DNA from: Gemmataceae bacterium
Lineage (GTDB): Bacteria > Planctomycetota > Planctomycetia > Gemmatales > Gemmataceae
DNA length: 40,937 nt
Direction of reading: 5' to 3'
NCBI GenBank assembly: GCA_035575035.1
Contig: DATLYH010000335.1
Coordinates: forward strand, 1-40,937
Shown here one piece after another: positions 37,481 to 40,937 of this stretch. How positions within the stretch are numbered: position 1 is the first letter of the stretch; each line of letters opens with the position of its first letter. Under the pieces are notes generated by a model. The model searched no databases and was not told the origin of the DNA. It saw only the letters and a program-made list of their open reading frames with translations. A program made the translations under genes and the position numbers.

Positions 37481-37496
37481 TTCCTGGTCCAAACCA

Positions 37497-37679
37497 CTAT
37501 ACAGGCTGGCGTCGCAGCAGGTGTAGCGCCTGGGCTCGCACTAGCGCAATGGTTTCGCTGAGTTCGACGAGTCCTTCCAACTCCTCGCGTTCCTCGGGCG
37601 TCAGGGCGCCGTTGGTGTCGCGGTCCATCAATGTTCTCAGGCGGGCAGCCACTCCCGGGTGGAGGCAGAGGGCGGCCAC
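37497..37679 (-). CDS. small hypothetical protein (possible TA-module or regulatory component), opposite strand between the ferredoxin-domain gene and the Phd antitoxin
   Basis: 60-aa ORF ...LTPEEREELEGLVELSETIALVRAQALHLLRR. The start is ambiguous and no domain was recognised. Confidence 0.25.
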   Translation of the reverse strand: MAALCLHPGVAARLRTLMDRDTNGALTPEEREELEGLVELSETIALVRAQALHLLRRQPV

Positions 37680-37762
37680 GGCGCGGAGGATCGGGTTGAG
37701 GTGCTGGCCATTCTTTCCAAACAGGACGTCGAGGAATGGCTCAAACGGGAAGGGATCTCGGA

Positions 37763-38029
37763 ATGAAAAAGGTGACTGTTTCAGAGGTCAAGGAAGATCT
37801 CCTGCGCTACCTGCGCGAAGCCGCAAAGGAAGAAGTGGTGATCACTCGCTACGGCAAGCCGGTCGGTGTACTCATCGCCTTCGCTTCCGAGGACGAATGG
37901 CTGGACTACCTGCTCGAAAATGATCCAGCTTTTGCAAAGCGGATTGCCAAGGCTCGACAAGACCTGCGTGCCGGACGCGGGATTCGACTTGAGGAGGTCG
38001 GATCGCAGTTGAAGAACAGTGACTCCTGA
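37763..38029 (+). CDS. Phd/YefM-family type II antitoxin (orphan: no cognate toxin gene adjacent)
   Basis: MKKVTVSEVKEDLLRYLREAAKEEVVITRYGKPVGVLIAFASEDEWLDYL is a classic YefM/Phd fold signature. The ATG at 37763 is preceded by GGGAAGGGA. The track ORF begins at 37736. Confidence 0.7.
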   Translation: MKKVTVSEVKEDLLRYLREAAKEEVVITRYGKPVGVLIAFASEDEWLDYLLENDPAFAKRIAKARQDLRAGRGIRLEEVGSQLKNSDS

Positions 38030-38082
38030 TGACTCGGGCTGAACTGTGCTCTGATCCCCGCGCGCCCGGATAAGGGTCTGCC

Positions 38083-39351
38083 ATGTACCTGAAGATGCTC
38101 CATCGCCTCCTGCGCGAAACCGACAAACGGCTGCTCTGGAAGCTGGTCTGGAACCTGGGCGTCAAGGGGATGCTTTCGGTCGAGCGGCACAAACGGCGGC
38201 TCCGCCGCGGCGAGTTCTTCCCGCCGTTCCTCTACATCTCAATCATCAACAGTTGCAATCTCCGCTGTCAGGGATGCTGGGTTGATGTCGCGGCCAAGCA
38301 GCAGACCATCAGCCTGGAGGCGATGAACCGGCTCATCAACGAGGCCAAGGAAATGGGCAACGTCTTCTTCGGCATCGTCGGCGGCGAGCCGTTCATGCAT
38401 CCGCAGCTCTTCGACATCCTTGAAGCCCACCCCGACTGCTACTTCCAGGTCTTCACCAACGGCCAGTTCATTACCGATGAGAAGGCTAAGCGGCTGCGCC
38501 GGCTGGGCAACGTCACGCCGTTGATCAGCGTGGAGGGCAACGAGGTTGTCAGCGACCAGCGCCGCGGCCGAGCGGGCGTGCTGAGCAAGACCATGGAGGG
38601 CGTCCGCAACTGTCTGAAGAACAAAGTCTTCACCGGTGTCTGCACCAGTCTCTGCCAGACCAACTTCGACGACCTGCTCAGCGAGAAGTGGATCGACCGG
38701 CTGATCGAGATGGGCGTGATGTACACCTGGTATCATGTCTATCGGCCGATGGGCCCCGACGCCAACCCGCAACTCTGCCTGACGCCCGAGCAGCAGCTGC
38801 AAGCGCGGCGCTTCGTGGTCGAGATGCGGGCCAAGAAGCCGATCATCATTATTGATGCCTACTACGACGGCGAGGGCCGAGCTCTCTGCCCGGCGGCTAC
38901 CGGCATCAGCCATCACATCAACCCCTGGGGCGATATTGAACCGTGCCCGATCGTCCAGTTCACTCGGGAGTCGATCCACGCGACCGAGGCGGACGGCCGA
39001 CCGCTGCGGGACAAATTCATCCAGTCGGAATTCCTGCGCGACTTCCGGGAATTGGCCCGATCTACGACGCGTGGCTGCATTGTGCTGGAACGGCCCGACC
39101 TGCTGAAGCAGCTGGTCGAGCGGCACGGCGCCCGCGACGCCACCGCCCGCGGCACCGCTTTGGCCGAGCTGGAGCAGATGCAGATCCGTACCTCGCAGTA
39201 CAACCCGGGCCATGAGATCCCGGAGAAAAACTGGCTCTACCGCCTGGCGAAGCGGTTCTGGTTCAACGACTTCGGCCTCTACGAGGGATATGACCACAGC
39301 CGAGCGTCCGCGCCGGCGATCCTCCGCGCGAACGAACGGGTGAAGACGTAG
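38083..39351 (+). CDS. radical SAM protein of the SPASM/twitch-like subgroup (MoaA/PqqE-like core) with a ~50-aa basic N-terminal extension and a Cys-containing C-terminal domain; substrate unknown
   Basis: YISIINSCNLRCQGCW (CxxxCxxC), FGIVGGEPFMHP (GGEP SAM motif), FTNGQF, and C-terminal Cys residues (ALCPAATG, EPCPIVQF, TRGCIV). Confidence 0.7.
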   Translation: MYLKMLHRLLRETDKRLLWKLVWNLGVKGMLSVERHKRRLRRGEFFPPFLYISIINSCNLRCQGCWVDVAAKQQTISLEAMNRLINEAKEMGNVFFGIVGGEPFMHPQLFDILEAHPDCYFQVFTNGQFITDEKAKRLRRLGNVTPLISVEGNEVVSDQRRGRAGVLSKTMEGVRNCLKNKVFTGVCTSLCQTNFDDLLSEKWIDRLIEMGVMYTWYHVYRPMGPDANPQLCLTPEQQLQARRFVVEMRAKKPIIIIDAYYDGEGRALCPAATGISHHINPWGDIEPCPIVQFTRESIHATEADGRPLRDKFIQSEFLRDFRELARSTTRGCIVLERPDLLKQLVERHGARDATARGTALAELEQMQIRTSQYNPGHEIPEKNWLYRLAKRFWFNDFGLYEGYDHSRASAPAILRANERVKT

Positions 39352-39423
39352 AAGTCGCCAGACTTCGGGACATCGCCGAATCGTTGTCAGAGGACCCGAG
39401 GTCGGGCGGCAGCTATATTTCTG

Positions 39424-40332
39424 CTACCCCCCTGCCAGCAGCTGGCGGGCCCCCTGGGCCAGGAGCATCCCGGCCAGTTTCTGACCGACTGCCTCAGGAT
39501 CGTCCGCCGGACCGCTGATCTCGCCGCCGACCCGCTGGGTCCCGTCGGGACTCAGCACGACGCCGCGCAGGACAAGCACATCGCCGGACACCGACGCGGC
39601 GGCCCCCAGCGGTATCAGGCAACCGCCGCCCAGGGCGCGCAACAGGGCGCGCTCGGCCAGCACGGCCTGGCGAGTGGGCGGGTCGTCCAGCGGCGCGACC
39701 AGAGTGAGCGTAGCGTGGTCATCCGCTCGGCACTCCAGCCCTAGCGCTCCTTGGCCGACCGCCGGCAACATCCACCCGAGCATCTCGGTGATGACGCCGC
39801 CGAGTCCTAGCCGCTCCAGGCCGGCCTGGGCCAGGATCAACCCATCGAGGTCCTGCTCGGCCAGTTTGCGCAAACGGGTCTCGACATTGCCGCGGATGTC
39901 CACCAGGCACAGGTCGGGCCGGCGATGGAGGACCTGGGCCCGCCGCCGCAAGCTGCTGGTGGCCACCGCAGCGCCGGTCGGCAGACGGTCGAAGCCGGCA
40001 TGTCGGTGGGAGACGAATGCATCGCCGGCCGGCCCGCGCCGCGGCACAGCAGCCAGGACCAGTCCCTCGACCGGGACGGTGGGCAAATCCTTAAGGCTGT
40101 GCACGGCCAGGTCCACGCGGCCGGCCAGAAGGGCGCGCTGGATCTCCTTGGTGAAGACACCTTCGCCGCCGATCTGGACCAGCGGCCGGTCGCGCAGCTG
40201 GTCGCCAGTGGTCTGGATTTCGACCAACTCAACCGGGCGCGGCCCGGCCAGCGGGCGGAGCAGCTCGGCGACATGGTTGGCCTGCCACCGGGCAAGCGGG
40301 CTGCCGCGAGTGCCGATGCGCAAAGGGGTCAT
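39424..40332 (-). CDS. hemC: hydroxymethylbilane synthase (porphobilinogen deaminase)
   Basis: LRIGTRGSPLARWQA, the dipyrromethane cofactor Cys context (GGGCLIPLGA), FTKEIQ and HSLKDLP. Trimmed to the ATG at 40330-40332. Confidence 0.92.
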   Translation of the reverse strand: MTPLRIGTRGSPLARWQANHVAELLRPLAGPRPVELVEIQTTGDQLRDRPLVQIGGEGVFTKEIQRALLAGRVDLAVHSLKDLPTVPVEGLVLAAVPRRGPAGDAFVSHRHAGFDRLPTGAAVATSSLRRRAQVLHRRPDLCLVDIRGNVETRLRKLAEQDLDGLILAQAGLERLGLGGVITEMLGWMLPAVGQGALGLECRADDHATLTLVAPLDDPPTRQAVLAERALLRALGGGCLIPLGAAASVSGDVLVLRGVVLSPDGTQRVGGEISGPADDPEAVGQKLAGMLLAQGARQLLAGG

Positions 40333-40375
40333 GAAGGTTGATCTAGCGACATCCCGCCGAAGTGTCACGGGGTGC

Positions 40376-40937
40376 TCAAGCGGACTCCAGATAGCGCTGC
40401 CGCTCCCAGTCGGTCACCGCCGTTCGGAACAACTCCCATTCCCGGCGGGCCATCTCGACCAGGTGCCGCGCCAGGACCGGGCCGAGCGCCTCTTGCAGCA
40501 CCGTGTCGGCCTCGAACGCAGCGATCCCTTCGGGCAGGGTCCGCGGCAGTGCAGTGCCCCGGACGTAGGCGTCGCCGTCAGTGCGCCCCGGCGGCATCAG
40601 GCGGCGGCGCAGACCATCGAGCGCCGCCGCGGCGCAGCCGGCCAGCAACAGGTAGGGGTTGGCATCAGCGGCGCCGCCCCGGTACTCCAGCCGCCGCTCC
40701 GGCCCGTGCCCCAACACGCGCACCGCTGCCGTGCGATTGTCCACGCCCCAGGTCGCCGTCGTCGGCGCGAACGAGTGCTCGACCAGCCGCTTGTACCCAT
40801 TGACGGTGGTGGATGAAAGGAAGATCAGGCCGGGGAGATGGGCCAGCAGCCCCGCCAGGCAGTGCTCCATCAGCCGGTTGCCGAGTGGGCTATCGCCCCC
40901 CTCACCCCCGACCCCTCTCCCCCCGAGGGGGGAGAGG
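40376..40937 (-). CDS. glutamine synthetase family protein, C-terminal catalytic part only (gene continues beyond window end); contains copy B of the GC-rich palindromic element in-frame
   Basis: IFLSSTTVNGYKRLVEHSFAPTTATWGVDNRTAAVRV...EYRGGAADANPYLLLAG matches GS catalytic-domain C-terminal motifs. The frame stays open upstream through 40937 and encodes ...GGRGVGGEGGDSPLGNRLMEHC.... Confidence 0.75.
   Translation of the reverse strand, partial: LSPLGGRGVGGEGGDSPLGNRLMEHCLAGLLAHLPGLIFLSSTTVNGYKRLVEHSFAPTTATWGVDNRTAAVRVLGHGPERRLEYRGGAADANPYLLLAGCAAAALDGLRRRLMPPGRTDGDAYVRGTALPRTLPEGIAAFEADTVLQEALGPVLARHLVEMARREWELFRTAVTDWERQRYLESA
40896..40937. repeat. GC-rich palindromic element, copy B (truncated by window end): CCCCTCACCCCCGACCCCTCTCCCCCC-gagg-GGGGAGAGG...
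   Basis: The left arm is identical to copy A apart from a 1-nt indel. It lies inside the open reading frame of the GS-like gene on the minus strand. Confidence 0.8.

Noticed and set aside
38239-39297. 352-aa minus-strand ORF
   Set aside because: Antisense to the radical SAM gene, which carries the CxxxCxxC and GGEP motifs.
39674-40816. 380-aa plus-strand ORF
   Set aside because: Antisense to hemC and the glutamine-synthetase-like gene.

Overview
High-GC (roughly 65-70%) bacterial chromosomal segment with strongly Planctomycetota-like content: a BBP7-type outer-membrane beta-barrel, a DUF1573 secreted protein, a membrane-fused spermidine-synthase-like protein, a zinc-ribbon Ser/Thr kinase, and a HEAT/CxxCH protein. 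The ORF track treats alternative start codons as M, so several starts were re-trimmed to an internal ATG or GTG preceded by a Shine-Dalgarno-like sequence. Many long ORFs in the track are antisense to clearly recognisable genes and were discarded. Gene order along the window: - Partial Ser/Thr kinase (-), then RmlD-like reductase, an Flp pilin with a sigma70-like promoter, a CheY-like receiver and a solitary groES. - A fused membrane/spermidine-synthase-like protein. - An NfeD-flotillin operon (-). - A glmS and GlmU-like operon (-) ending at a bidirectional terminator. - A DUF1573 protein (-). - A low-GC foreign islet carrying a membrane ORF and a decayed type I RM hsdM remnant. - A BBP7 outer-membrane protein, a hypothetical, a MoxR ATPase and a Pro-rich secreted protein (all -). 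- leuS. - A Tyr/His-rich secreted protein, a TPR protein and an FAD oxidoreductase (all -). - An NlpC/P60-like membrane protein and a zinc-ribbon/HEAT/CxxCH protein. - An Fe-alcohol dehydrogenase and a PQQ-propeller protein. - A cluster of HemN-like radical SAM, GcvH-like H protein, dicluster-ferredoxin-domain protein, orphan Phd/YefM antitoxin and a second radical SAM (SPASM/twitch-like). - hemC (-) and a partial glutamine synthetase (-). The window is also colonised by several families of small repeats: (i) a GC-rich, G-quadruplex-capable palindromic element inserted in-frame in two unrelated CDSs, with a degenerate copy in the leuS 5' UTR; (ii) an AT-rich inverted-repeat-bounded 81-bp in-frame insertion in the HemN-like gene; (iii) a roughly 110-bp near-identical direct repeat at two sites about 7.9 kb apart; (iv) a REP-like palindrome family (GCTAAGCYGCAAGYGG) at gene 3' ends; (v) assorted tandem or direct repeats in promoter regions. 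No tRNA, rRNA or bona fide CRISPR array was found.
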